Assembly (NCBI GenBank): GCA_030265395.1
Contig: JARFYF010000017.1
Span: 19,340,768-19,404,767, forward strand
Source: Rhina ancylostomus
Taxonomy: Eukaryota
Length of the DNA stretch: 64,000 nucleotides
Direction: 5' to 3'
The stretch's first letter is position 1. Each line of letters starts with the position of its first letter. The notes beneath the pieces are model-generated. The model worked only from the letters and a program-made list of their open reading frames with translations, was not told where the DNA came from and did not search any database. Positions 23,587 through 36,782 of this stretch are shown one piece after another. The position numbers and the translations under genes are program-made.

Positions 23587-25314
23587 AATGTGGCCAATTG
23601 CACATTTCTACAGCATGCAGTTACATCAAAAGTTAAAAACAACTTAAAAAAAGAAATTAATCAAAACCTATGGCTTACCATGTCTTCAGTTAATAAGCTG
23701 ATTTCCTTTCTAACAGGCACTATTTCCATTGGGCTAATGGGATCAGCATAATTCACAATTTCATTATCTTATCACCAAATTCTCTCATTACATATATTTG
23801 CCATTCCAGAAGTAAAGCAGTTAATTATAAGTCTGTCTTTGATTCAGTATTGTTCAGCAATGTTTTGATTTAAATTTTATTTTAAAAGGCTCACACTTTA
23901 CTGTTATTTCCCTCTTGCAGGACTAATTGCCTTCTTTACCCCCATATATTATTGATTAGAATCTCCCTGAAACTTGAGAATCAGTGTGCAATGGCATAGG
24001 TCGAATTAACTCCTCTCATTAAACAATTTCTTCATATCCTGACCGGTTCTGTAAGGGACTGGTTCTGTAAGGGTCAGGCTCAGATCAAAAGTCCTGGAAT
24101 GGTACACTGTAACCATTTTAAGATAGTATATTAAGAATCTTACTTCCTTAACCACATGCTTAAGGTGTCTCCACAAATTTTCAGGCCACTTTTTGTACCA
24201 TTTCAACTTTAAAATAACAAAAAAACCCACTCAGAATCAATAATAATGCACTCTTAGGAATCGAAGGACACGTAACAGAAATGTCAAATTCACTGCAGTG
24301 GCTCCTCTGGAATTGCAGGTGACTCTTTGTCATGATTTATTCAGCAAGTAAGAGCTATTTATTGTCTTGTAAGCTCAGCAACTCTGACATGCTTCGCTCA
24401 ATCATTGAGCACGTACTTTGTGAAGCAGGATCACTTCCAGTTAATTTGACTTTATTCCAGTGATTTGATCATTTGATTTGTAGCATATTGCACACAGAAG
24501 GAAGAATCCGTTTCTTTTATTATTTGATTCAAATCTTTGAATAAATCAAAAACAACCAAAGTAATGCAAAATATTTTAAAATTGGTAACAGATGCATTGT
24601 TAAAAATTGCAGAGACCTTCTAGTTGCTAAGGCAAGTGTCAAAAACATGCATAGCAATGAATTTGTTTCATGTATCATTGCAATTTTCCCCTTCCCTTGA
24701 GAATAGGTTGAGCCAGTGGGAGGATTCTTGGGCTGATTAATATTCTGATGGGTTATAATGTGAACCTTTCTCTGTGCCCATATGGGAGAGTTTTCTGAAC
24801 ACCCACCCTCATGTAACAAGGGAATGCTACCCACACCAGCTGGATATCAGTATCCCTGCACTGTGTTAACCTAACATTTGAAGCTGGGGACTGTACTCAC
24901 CAGCACAACCTGGAGTGAAGTTAGCACCCCAAAGCTAGAGGCAATGAAAAAAATAACATTGTACAGAAGTGACTGCAATGGAGTCGTAAGTTATTCATTG
25001 ATATCTGAATGCTGGATGCTTGCTTTAACCTTTTATGGAGGTTAGGCAAGGAAGCTTTTTGCAGGCATAGGAACCAGGTCAGATGTTTCCACGTGTTCCT
25101 ATGAATCTGAATCAAAGGTGTTATGTACAAGCAAAGTATAGAACATATAGATTAACACTGGACACTTTTTTATGTTTATCTTTAACACAGATTCCTTATA
25201 AACTGGCTATTTCTATTGTCTATCAACATTGTAAGATCTGTGTCCATTCATTAGTCAACCAATCCAAATCCTATGAAAATATAGGCAGCCAGATAAACAG
25301 ACCAATTCTATTAT

Positions 25315-25510
25315 NNNNNNNNNNNNNNNNNNNNNNNNNNNNNNNNNNNNNNNNNNNNNNNNNNNNNNNNNNNNNNNNNNNNNNNNNNNNNNNNNNNNNN
25401 NNNNNNNNNNNNNNTGGCGACACTTGTGGGCTGCCCCCAGAACACTCTGCGCAAAAGATGCATTTCACTGTGTGTTTCAATGTACATGTGACTATTAATT
25501 AAATATCTTA
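25315..25510 (+). mobile_element. V-SINE 3' part (5' part lost in a 100-N gap)
   Basis: ggcgacacttgtgggctgcccccagaacactctgcgcaaaagatgcatttcactgtg matches 23490-23570. Confidence 0.85.
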
Positions 25511-26892
25511 CTTATCTATTGTCCTGATTATGCCTGGCACTGGATGAAGTTTTTTGGTATTTCTCATTGTCATTTCCATAGAATTTGCAATGTTGCAAGC
25601 CAAGTCTTTATGTGCTTAAGACTTTACGTGCTTAACAACAAAGACTAAATCTATTCATTTCCCAGGCCACACACAAAACTATCTCTAAGTGCATGATTGA
25701 AGAATTCACCAAAGTTGCAATGACTCAATGAATCCTTTAAGGCAACAACAAAAGTTGCTGGCAGTTTCTGCAGCTCTTTAATTCCTCTTGCCAAACCTGT
25801 AACTATGCTATTTCAAATGATTGTAGATTGAAATAATCCTCCAATGTCTGCATCATCTCCAAGAATGCATTATCAATAGCCTTTTGTGGTGCTATCGGAT
25901 TAATGGAGTGTGATAGGTCTCAAAGCCAATCTCTGTCAGTAAAATAGCATTCTTATGTTCTCCATTAACAATATTCTGTACCTTTAAATTTTCCATATGG
26001 ATCTCAACTTCTGTAATAATGTTAGACATGAAATAAAAATTCCATCCCCTCCAACTATGTTGTGGACTCGTGTGCTTAATTATATGCTGAGGCTATATTT
26101 GTATTGTGCCTCTGTTTGAGCGGCCATTTCCTTCCACTTTCCCACTTGAGTTCTCTGCATTAAATCCAATTTTCATATGGTGGGTCTCCCGTTATTGATC
26201 TAACCTTATTTCTTTAGAACAATAAACTCTCGCAGCTGAAACCCAAGCTAGCACTCTCAATGTCCCAGCCATTTACGCTTGAGGTCCCAGCAGTTCCAGT
26301 AGTTGTTGAGTTCAGAGTTTTAGGGTTCCATTGGCTTCACAAGTCAATAAGGTTAGAGTTTTGATATTCTGTCACAAATTGGCATTCTCTTTCACAGCAC
26401 TGCTTATTACCAGTTGTTAGCATGTTGTGAGATGATGGCATAATAGTGGACCTAGTGAGAACTGCAGTAAGCTACTTGAGGTGACATGGGATTCTTCAAG
26501 ACATGCACTGATTCTTTTATTTCAAACGAACGTCAACTAATGTGTACTTACATTGAATGTAGAATTACCCATCACTAATTCACGGGCCTACGATTCATAC
26601 ATGTAAATATACACTGTGAGGAGTAAAATTTTCTTGTTTTCCAGTAAATAAAGACACATCTTTCATTTCCTTTATATTTGGTTTCCAGCATTAATAGTCT
26701 ACTCCATTTGGATTGGATTTATAAAACCATAGCTATTACAATCATCTGCCTCAAGAAAACATGGAATCCTTTGTCAACAGCAAGAGCTGACTTGTGGTAT
26801 GCCCAAGATAAAAGGGGGGCCAAGCATAAGAGGTCCTACTGAGCTGGACAATAAAACATTGATGATTTACAGCAAAAATTCATACCAAATTG

Positions 26893-27075
26893 ACAGCAGG
26901 TCAGGCGGCATCTGCAGAGAGAGAAAGAATGTTATCATTTCAGATCATGAGAACTGGTGAAAGGTCATGGCCTGAAATGCTATCTCTATTTTGCTCTCTT
27001 CACAGATGCTGCTTGACCTGCTAAGTATTTCCAGCATTTTCTGTTTTTGTTTCTGATTTTCAATGTCTACAGACT
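26893..27075. mobile_element. Palindromic Penelope pseudo-LTR pair
   Basis: cagcaggtcaggcggcatctgcagagagag pairs as an inverted repeat with ctctcttcacagatgctgcttgacctgct; the centre holds ctggtgaaaggtcatggcctgaaa. Confidence 0.7.
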
Positions 27076-27189
27076 TCTTTCGCTCTTTGAGAGAAATGAA
27101 AATGTTGAGGGAAGAAATTTTAGAGTTCTGATTGTTTATTTCTCTTTTCCTTCGGAATTCCCCACACTGTGCAAAGCAAGTCATTAATT

Positions 27190-27630
27190 TCATTCAGCAC
27201 AGAGATCTACAGAGTTCTAGGCTTTAAGGGAACTGTGTCTATGGAGGTAGTGCAGGAACATGGTGCTGAGGTGGAAAGATCAGCTATGATGTTGATGAAT
27301 GTCAAGAGCAGCCTCAAAGGGCTGTTACAACTTATTCCTACTCCTATTTCTTATGATCTGATGTTCTTTGTTCAAGCAGTAGTTGTATGTCTCTGCATCT
27401 CCTGCATACCTGCATATCAAATTTCTTATGGGGCTGGGACGTTTAACTGCATTTACAGATGCCATTGTATTTGTATTCTTTACAGATACAATTACCACAT
27501 TTGGACAGGTATTTGACTAGAAAAAGCATTGAAGGTTGCAGGTAAGTGGGATTAGTGTCATTAGGCATCACAGTCGGCATGGACATGGGCTGAAAGACCT
27601 GTTTCTGTGCTGTGTGATTCTACGATACAT
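27190..27630 (+). mobile_element. Two CR1 3' tails
   Basis: gatcagctatgat...cctactcctatttcttatg and ggcatggacatgggctgaaagacctgtttctgtgctgt. Confidence 0.65.
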
Positions 27631-28539
27631 AAAGGCAAATTGTTGAAAACAGAGTAAAAGGGTTTATAAATGCAATGATAAGTCATTCATTTCTCAGACA
27701 CAGACTGGTCTACTCAGCCACTATATAGTGAACATAAAGCATGTACGAGTGCACACAAAACCAAGTTGATGGACAAAATAAGAACAGCCATCCAATGAGG
27801 ATCCACAGCTGAAACAGCTAAATGGTAGACCCTTTGCATATTCAAAATCAGGTGACTTCCACTGGATTGAGGACTCGATTACATGTCTTTATCAACTTAC
27901 CAGAAAAGCTGCACCTCAGAAAAGTTTGGACTATTTCTCAAAATTGCTGGTCTGAATGTGGAATTGGATAAGGATTAGTTTGCCCAAACCAGTTCCGTCT
28001 TACAACAACCTTACCTAGCCTGCCCGCGTAAAACTATATTTTAGTGGGCAGGAAAGATGCTTCTTTCTTAAAACACTTAAAAATAAACAGTTGTGAAGAA
28101 ACCGATCTCCTGAGCACTGCTTACACTAAACATGATACCAAAAGCAAAGCTGTAATTGCTAAAAATCTGAAATAAAACAGAGAATGTTGGAATTATTTAG
28201 TGGATCAATCAGCAGCTGTGATGTTTTTATTCAATGATCTTTACCAGATCTAGTATCATAATATTCAAGAAATCATATCACAAATGATATTACAACATTG
28301 CAGAAGGAACGATTCAAATCCACTCCAAAGAGCCATCATCATATGCTCAACGTGGTTCTGGAATGTGTATTTTGGAGACAGGAAACTCTTACTTTGAAAC
28401 ATGATACATTTCATAATCATTGACAGATCACAAAGAAATAGTACCAGAATAAATTGCACAGGACAAAAATGCAGGAAAATGTGAAAATGTGCTAAATATA
28501 CACTCAATCCAGGACACAGACCCTGTTAAAGTAAATTAG

Positions 28540-28700
28540 CTAAGTAGTAATCCAGAGGGCAAGACTAAAAATCCAGGTACCAAAGATTAAACCTCACCAT
28601 GCTAGCTGTAGGATTTAAATTCAGTAAATAATCTGGAATGTAAAAAGTCTAGTCATTGATAAAGTTGACAACAAAATTACCAAATTGTTTAGAAATGGTA
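28540..28700 (+). mobile_element. tRNA-derived SINE 5' fragment (same family as 49358)
   Basis: agtaatccagagggcaagactaa...ggatttaaattcagtaaataatctggaat. Confidence 0.55.
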
Positions 28701-28839
28701 TTTATTGTTTGCTGCTTGATATGGACACATGATGAAACTCCTTGTGTTTTAATATTTCAAAGAAACAGAGGGCCAGGAACAAAAACTGCACACTTTGTAC
28801 AACTCATCATGAGTTTCTGATTTTTTTTGACTGACTCTT

Positions 28840-30560
28840 CAGTGAACTTGTATCACACAGCACACACAGTCATGGAATGAGATCCAAATTCTAGACATGG
28901 AAAGCAATTGTGCACCATTTGAGTGAAACCTCCTGTGGAAGTCAGCAGATGGGGGCCAACACTGCATGGAGTACCTGGACGTAAAGGAAAACTGGGGAGA
29001 CCACAGATCACCTTGGAGCGCCACCATGAGCAACAGTGGGCCTGGAAACTCCAGGCTATGGATTATCTTGCCTTGGGTGGCAGCAAGTGCACAGGTGGAG
29101 TGGCTATAGTGAATGAAGGAGTACTACTACTACTACGCAAGAGAAAGTGAAGTTTTGCTCCAAGAAGCTGCCACTCCTGAGGTCAAGACTTGCCAACTCG
29201 GGTAACGTTGGAGGACAAGTTACTGAAGCACTAACTTGGCAGAACCACCAATCCACTGCTATCATGGCAGCAGCCCAAACCTACTGTACATGGCAGCACA
29301 AATTAAGGTATCTTTATTAGTCACATGTACATCGAAACACACAGTGAAATGCATCTTTTGCACAGAGTGTTCTGGGGGCAGCCCGNNNNNNNNNNNNNNN
29401 NNNNNNNNNNNNNNNNNNNNNNNNNNNNNNNNNNNNNNNNNNNNNNNNNNNNNNNNNNNNNNNNNNNNNNNNNNNNNNNNNNNNNNNNNNNNNNNNNNNN
29501 NNNNNNNNNCAATCTAATTACAGACAGCAGCGGGAATTGAACCCAGCTCACTGGCACTGTGATAGCATTATGCTAACTGCTGCACTACCATGCCTGCCTT
29601 GCATATCAGCACTTGGTGGTTGCTGTTGGCATTGCAGTGTAAGATGGGTACCTTCAACACAACCTGTTGCATCCTTGTTGGATCCACAGGTAGGCCCAGG
29701 GTATATCCTTGCCCCCAGCCTTCTCAGCAGCCACCCCTGCTCCTATGTAGATCCTGCCTTTATACTCCCTTTTGAAGCATGTCCAAGGTCACTCCTGAGC
29801 TGGAGACAAAGTCGGGTCATGGTGCACCTGTATTGTTAGAGTCCTCTTGCCGATTCAATACATTCTGACTGGTTACAATTCTCTGGTGTTTGAAAGGAGA
29901 AGGACACAAGTGTAAGAGTACGGAAAGGGGAAAGGGAAAAAATAAGAGGTGGATGTTTACACTGTCTATGGCTGGCCACAGCATCAGCACTGAGTATTTT
30001 AGTGATGACCAGCACCAGCTCCTCCATGCTGGTTAGGTGTTGCAGACAGGACAGTATCCTCTGTTGTACATCAAAAGAGGTAGGTGTGGCAGTGACTGTC
30101 ATGCACTATCTTGGGGGGTGCGGCTGTGATGGTTGATATGCTGACAAGGCAATGATAACCATTTGGCGAAGTGGGGTGAGGTGAAGTGAAGCTATGTGTC
30201 TACATTGATAAGGATTGTTGGCTTTGAATGATGGGGGCCTGGTGAATTAAGCAATGACCAAGGGTAGCAACACTGATGATACATCATGGCATTCAGAATT
30301 GCGTTCACTGATCTTGACCACTCACTTGAGTTTATTGGAGTTCTTGTGGCACTGCTTCAAAGCCCTTGGGATTGGATTCCTGGCCTTGAACTGCACAGCT
30401 ATTCAGAGTGCTTTCCATCTACTCCACCAAAGCCCAATATCCCATAATATGTTCTTCACCGATTTCCAGGTCTAATTAACTTTATGCATAGCTTCCAGCT
30501 ATAATGCACTGCCCCTTTAAAACCTGCAGGCTGGCTTTAAGTACATTGACCTTCTGTTAA
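28840..30560 (-). mobile_element. PIF/Harbinger-type Myb/SANT ORF relic
   Basis: 30402-30313 minus translates IAVQFKARNPIPRALKQCHKNSNKLK*VVK, matching the Myb/SANT motif IA..VNA....R...QCRKKFNDL; the downstream sequence is GC-richer and decayed. A V-SINE is inserted inside. Confidence 0.6.
29305..29598 (-). mobile_element. V-SINE (middle in an N gap)
   Basis: Reverse complement of the 23288 copy at both ends. Confidence 0.9.
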
Positions 30561-30969
30561 TGTGATCCCTTTGGCACTGAATGCACACAGAAATAGTTCT
30601 AATGTGCAAGCAGCACAAAGTCATGCTAATTGCAATCAACACTTAAATATGTTTCATACTCTCTGGGCCCATTGGGGGGGAGGGGTGGCATCCAATTTAG
30701 CCCCCAACATATTTTAAAACAGAATCAAGTGTGTTTCAATTACCTCCTCCACAGTCCATATCTGTTACAAGCTATATCTTTCCAGTGCTAATCGTAAACC
30801 CTTGTTCATTGGGCTGCAGCAGCATGTGTAATTTTTTTTCTGCAATCAATAGGCTCTTTAAATTCACTTCTACCATTCAACAGGTAATTTAAGAGCATCC
30901 TCTTCTGCATTATTTAGAGAGTAAACTGATTTGGAAACTATTAGTTAAAAATATATAATTTTCTTTATT

Positions 30970-31015
30970 ATTTATTGAAATCAATCATTTATTGAAATCG
31001 ATCATTTATTGAAAT
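30970..31015. repeat. 17-bp tandem repeat, about 2.7 copies
   Basis: atttattgaaatcaatc atttattgaaatcgatc atttattgaaat. Confidence 0.9.
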
Positions 31016-33220
31016 TCTGTGTCCAGCCCTGACTAAGTCTCATATTTTAGTTGTTGATTGAAAACTTGCTTCCATGTTTCACCAAACCAATTGATGAATG
31101 TTTGGGTTCCATGTTGTGATGAGGAACTTCAAATGGATCAAAGTACCTTGCTTCTGCCTTTTGCTTAATCCTTTCATGCAGACAACAGTAAAGAGGTCTG
31201 CTGAAGTGTTTGCAATAATTTGTTGCTCTGCATAACTTTAATTATCACATCCTGCATCTTTCTACATCTTGGCGACTAAGGAAGTACTTGTTCTTAAACA
31301 CAAATGCCTTTAAACAAAAATTTATCAAGGCAGTAAATGACCCTATTGATTTATGATCAAGTAGATTCAATACTGTTGTTTTGGTCTGTGTTCAGTCCTT
31401 TGATAAGAGTGTTTCAACAGAAAAGTCATGACCTGTTCCCATCAGAAAGACTTGAATACAGACATGACAGAACCTTGTTTGTACAGCACCACTCTTGAGT
31501 ACAAATTATGCAATACCAATACACAGTAGGAAATACCAGTCTATAAAACGCCTTGGACTGATTTGCATCTATTGGCACAATCTCAGGTAGCTGGAATAAA
31601 ACAGAACATATGGGTGATGTACAACATCACCTCACTTCCTTTCATCACAGGTTTTACATGGCCTGTTTGAGACGGCTGAAGGAAATAAGTGGTTTAATAC
31701 AAAGGATGGCTCAAACTTGGTGGAAAATTATCAGAGCCCTGAAAGCTCCCCATGATATACTTTCCTTGTCATAATATGTGACGCAAAGCAAAAGCATAAA
31801 TGAAGGAAATCAGGAGCATGGTCACCTTTGTTTACATGGCCATCCAGTGACTCTTTTACCCAAAATGATGCTGCTGCAACCAGTCCAACCCTGTAGGCAG
31901 CTTAGTCAGCCCATTATAAGAGCCTTTACAGGTCAAGGATAAACCCTTTGGTCATGAAATTGGAGCCCCAAAATGTACACAATCAAAAGAAAAGATTTTT
32001 GGAAATAAGACATCCCCTGTTGAACAATATCTTTTTGTGAAATCTGGCATCATTGAAGTGAACTAACAAACCTGGATTCATAGGATAAGAATTTGATGGA
32101 TGAGATGTTTTTTTTTAATCACGAAAGGCTCCATATTGTTAATATTTCTTAATGGAATTTTGGTAGCTGCCTAGCTGGTGGCCACTTTCATTTATTTACT
32201 TCTTGCTGGAAAGGCAGAGTCCATGCGTGCAGCTGGAACACATTTTATTTGTATCATGTGTTAATGTCACTCCAAAGGATGGATGAGTCAGCTACATAGA
32301 GGTGGACTACCTTAAAAGGCACATATGTGACAGAAACACTTAATATTACGGCCCAGCAACATGAAGGAGACAGAAATAATTTAAGATCATCTGTCCACAG
32401 TAGGTTGATGGAGAGGGGATATGGGATGCCTGTAAATCTCACATTTGATTGACAAGATGATACTTTAACCTCTCCCCTCACCTAGCAGAAACTGGAAGGC
32501 AACAGTTAAAATGGATAAGTCCTTGGCTAAGATTTCCATACTGTTCTGGTCAAATGCATTTTAAACTGTGGGCAGTGACGAATGTCTAAAGTTGGAGGGC
32601 AGTTGAGGGATTGAAGGGGAGTGGTGGGAAGCTGACTCTGCTCCTTCTTTGCCGGCAAGATTCTAGTAATATCATTGGAGTCCAACAGCAACCGTAAACC
32701 CATCTTAGTTGCCCATGCAAGGTTGAATCTATGGGGAAAGGATGCACAGAGTGAGTTATTTATAATTACTGATCAGGCAGAGTAGAAATCTGAATGGGCA
32801 GGTCAGAGTGAGCTTGATCTAGCCCATTAGTTATTCAATGCTTTTGAATATTTGTGATGAAACATTCACAAACATTTAAGTTTGCATACAGCTTTGACAG
32901 CCATTTAAGCTGGGCAGTGGGGGTGGGGGTATACCCTTCATCAGATCTCAAAGCATTTCAGTCCATCAAGACAAATCAGAGTGCAGCCAGTGTGACTGAG
33001 GAAGTTGGTGGGGCCAGATTCACTCAGGAGTGGACTTAGACAGCGAGCATCCAGTCTGTGAAGGGACTCCAGGTGTTTTGGACCTTCAGGCTGAACCAAC
33101 TTGACTGACAGCTGACAGTCCTGTTCAGCGAGGCAGCCCACTCACATCTCAGCTCATTTCAGACTCCTGCACCTGCTGGCCAAATGCCTATGAAATGACA
33201 AAGAGGTCAGATGTCAGTGT

Positions 33221-33430
33221 TAGAGACAAAAGAGACTGCAGATGCTGGAAACTGGAACAACAAAGAAAATGCTGGAGTAACTCAGCAGGTCAGGCAACAT
33301 CTGTGGAGGGAAATGGACAGTCTATGTTTCGGGTCAAGACCCTTCATCTGGACTGAAAGACAGAGAGGAGAGAGCCAGTATAAGGAGGTGAGCAGGAAGT
33401 GGTGGAGCAAGAGCTGGCAGGTGACAAGTA
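33221..33430 (-). mobile_element. Penelope pseudo-LTR with a hammerhead-like motif
   Basis: agactgcagatgctggaa...ctcagcaggtcaggcaacatctgtggaggg...gtttcgggtcaagacccttcatctggactga. Confidence 0.75.
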
Positions 33431-36400
33431 GATTTACTGACCTCCTGCTCTGCCATGGACCCACTGTGGACTGGAGAGAGAGTCCAGATTTTGTAACCAT
33501 CCTTGGCTTTACCCAGTGAGGACTAACATACAAATGGTAACATTCATTTAAATCAAGTTGTTGCAAGGGTAAGTTTTCAGATTATTTTTCTTCATTTCAT
33601 ACCTCAATTATTTGTATTGGATATTGTCATAAACTAAATTTATACTTTTTAAATTCGGTAACTCTACTTGAAAAATATTAGGTATCTTTCATTTTAAAAA
33701 ATCCTTTGGCAATGGTGAGCTGTCAAAGATTGTCAGGCTGTTCCACATTTTTGCACTGCCTGAGACATGCTTGATTCTGCCTCATGGGACACTTCCTGGG
33801 TCCTGGAGTAGGGAGCTTCAGCTTGTTCAATGCTCTGGATCTAAAATAGGGAAGTGTGGGAGGGCAGATACCACTTATGGCGAGACCAAACAGCTTCCAG
33901 GGTGATCTGACCTGTCATTTTCTCATCTGAAGGTAATTTTTTTGCATCTTTCTTCTCGCCAATTACATGCTTTACTTCAAGATTTATTTGGTGGAGCTCT
34001 GCCTTGCCAATGAGTCAGAATTCCATGAATGCCTGATTTTAGTGAAGTCTTTGTTCCTCAGAGATGTGCATTCCAAGTTTTACAATTGAAATTTTGAATT
34101 TTTGTGATCCTTTTGTTGTATTGATTTTTTTTGCACTAGTTAAGGCACAGTGACATCTTTTCAGCTATTATTTAAGTTTTGCTTCTCCTGATTCTATTTC
34201 ATGGTAAATTGATCCTATGTTAATATCTGAAATGCAGTCAATCGTAATGTTGTTAGTCTATCAGTTGAAAGAATCCAGCGATAACATTAACAGTACAATA
34301 TGCTTAAATGCCAATCTTAAGCATGCAACATGATCAAACTTTCAGCACAAAGAGGCATGGTTCAGTGAAGCTTCGGTTAGTAGAACGGGAAAGATAAGGT
34401 TCATAAAGCAATTCTGAGCAAAGAAAGCCAATTGGCCCATTTTTATTCATGCATGCAGCATGATCAGAAACATCTTGTAGCACATCTTGTAGCAGAAGTC
34501 TGCTCTTTTTAAATGAGTTCAGGAATTTTGCACAATACCTGTGAGCTTGCTCTGCACATGGAGAACTTCTTGCATGTAGAAGAGCATCTTGCTGCCAGAT
34601 TAAAAATAACATTCTCTCACATGGTACATTTGTCACCTGTTTCTACTTTCACAGTTAAATTTAAAGTAACAGTCCAGGTTTTCTTTCAGAATACCCTTAT
34701 CAATCCGACTTATTTCTAGAAGTTCACCCTCTATGCATTTAATTTTGAGTTTGAAGACGCAAGTGCTTGCAGATTTTCCTACAACTCAGGGCCTAGCCTC
34801 CAGTGCAAGTAGTATAACTGACACTGCCAAAATTTGTTAAAGATTTTTTTAAAAAGCTGAGCGCTTCACAAATATCTGTCAAGGAGGGAATATACACTGA
34901 TTCCACCTGAATTGCCTACTTCTTTTTGTTTTATGGTAAATAATGCTTAGGACTCTACATCACGATGAAAGACATTGGATCCCACGTCACAGAGTCATAA
35001 TGTAATGCATCACAGAAAACAAGCCCTTTGGCTCTCCATGCCCATTGTTGACCATCAGCTACACTAATCCAGTACATGGCCCATAGCCTTCTTTGCCTTG
35101 GTGATTCAAGTGCTTATTTAGATCCTACTTAGATATCATGAGAAATGTTGTGTTCAGTTCAAGGAGAATGAAAACCTGACCTTGGAATCTGTCCTTGATA
35201 TAAATAATAAAAAATCATTCTGGACCCGATTTATAACATGTTCCAAAAATGTGGCCAACATGTTTTATCTTCAGCTGCTAGGAACATTAAGATCATCACT
35301 CACTTCAGTTGGAATGGTACATTTGATCTTTGATTACCTTGAGTTGATAGGATGCTGCAAATTCCCACCAAAGTCTACTGCTCTAATTATCTCTTATACA
35401 CAAGTTGTTGGTGTTTGTGGATAATAGGTCTGCTCATTAATAGAGAGAAATGCAAAAAAATCTGCTGGTATCTATCTCTCTCTCCAAGTTTTTTCCAGCA
35501 TCAGCCTCAATTATGTATAATACCTTTGTATATTTTCATTTTTTTCATTCAATCTTTCAGCCTTGCAATGTACAGCTTTGTGATTAAACTTATTGGCACT
35601 ATTTTAACGGTCAATACTTGCTTTCAAATCTCCTTTTTGTTCCACACTTGCTGTTGGATTATTTAACCTTCTCGCATTGTGTTACCTCCAACTGCAGATG
35701 TCTTTGCTATTCAATGCAATGGCATTTATTGAAGGGAAAATACTGGGATATTTGCAATGTTAAAAGTAGGAAAATAGCACTAACTATTATCATTAAATCA
35801 ATACAGTACAATCTAAGCTACCCTAACTCAGGAATCTTGAGACCACTCACTGTTAAGATTTTTGTTCTTGATTTTATAAGGATTCTCAAAGCCAATATAT
35901 GACCAAAACTTACAAACTTTAGTATCACCAAAGCCATTCCTTTTTAGAATTTCTTCCAAATAATAGCTTCCAAATGATATCATTGTCTGGTAAATCTTTG
36001 AAATGGCTTGGTCTTGTATTATTATATCCACTTTGAGAACACCATTTCTATTTCCCTTTTATGAAAACTGTGTGTAATTTTGAGCATGGGGATAACTAGC
36101 ATGGGGCAATAAAGAGGCAGCCACCATGTCTCCAGTTTAATGAGCAACAATTTGTGCATTTAATCATCAATATAACAGTTAAATCTTCAGAATTTACAGT
36201 CCTTTGACATTCAATGATCCTCGTAAGTTGCAATATGGACCTGGCCAATGGTCTGAACATCAACTCTAATGACTTTCTTGCTAAGCAAGCTCATTTCCTC
36301 TTAAATATTTCCCATTGAAAATTTCAAGTATGCCCTTTTAATCTGTACACTGCTGAGTGGTGACCAAAATGTCACTGAACAAATACTGATAATAGGATTC

Positions 36401-36632
36401 ATGATGAAACTTCACTCAAGTTTTAGGAAAGAAACTCCCTATTTAGATGCTTCTAAGATATAAATCAATCCCATCAGAACATCACTCAGATTGACTGACA
36501 GCATGCTCCTCAAAAATAATTTTGCTTGTGTTTCAAAGAAATAGTGACATTAATTTTCATTTAGAGTATCTCAGGCAAAGATAAGTATTCAGAAGAAAGA
36601 TTAGAGATTCAAGCATTTTCTATTTTCCTGTA

Positions 36633-36782
36633 GGCACAAGAGATTGCAGACACTGGAATCTGGAGCAACAAAAATCTGCTGGAGGAAGTCAGTGGGCTGA
36701 ACAGAATCTGTGGGGGAAAAGGAATTGTCGATGTTTCAGGTCAAAACCTGACTGAGTGCCTCCTGCAGATTGTTTGTTGCTT
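36633..36782. mobile_element. Collapsed Penelope pseudo-LTR palindrome
   Basis: agcaacaaaaatctgctggagg pairs as an inverted repeat with cctcctgcagattgtttgttgct; same family as 57590-57660. Confidence 0.65.

Noticed and set aside
30970-31015. Short direct repeats as a possible CRISPR-like array
   Set aside because: Head-to-tail with no spacers, in a vertebrate context with no cas genes.
31651-31780. Good acceptor (cctttcatcacag) followed by short open frames
   Set aside because: Both frames I translated end in stops within about 40 codons, with no recognisable protein.
34520-34545. NFAQYL resembling FANCA EFAQYLL
   Set aside because: Immediately followed by a stop, with no flanking similarity or splice sites.
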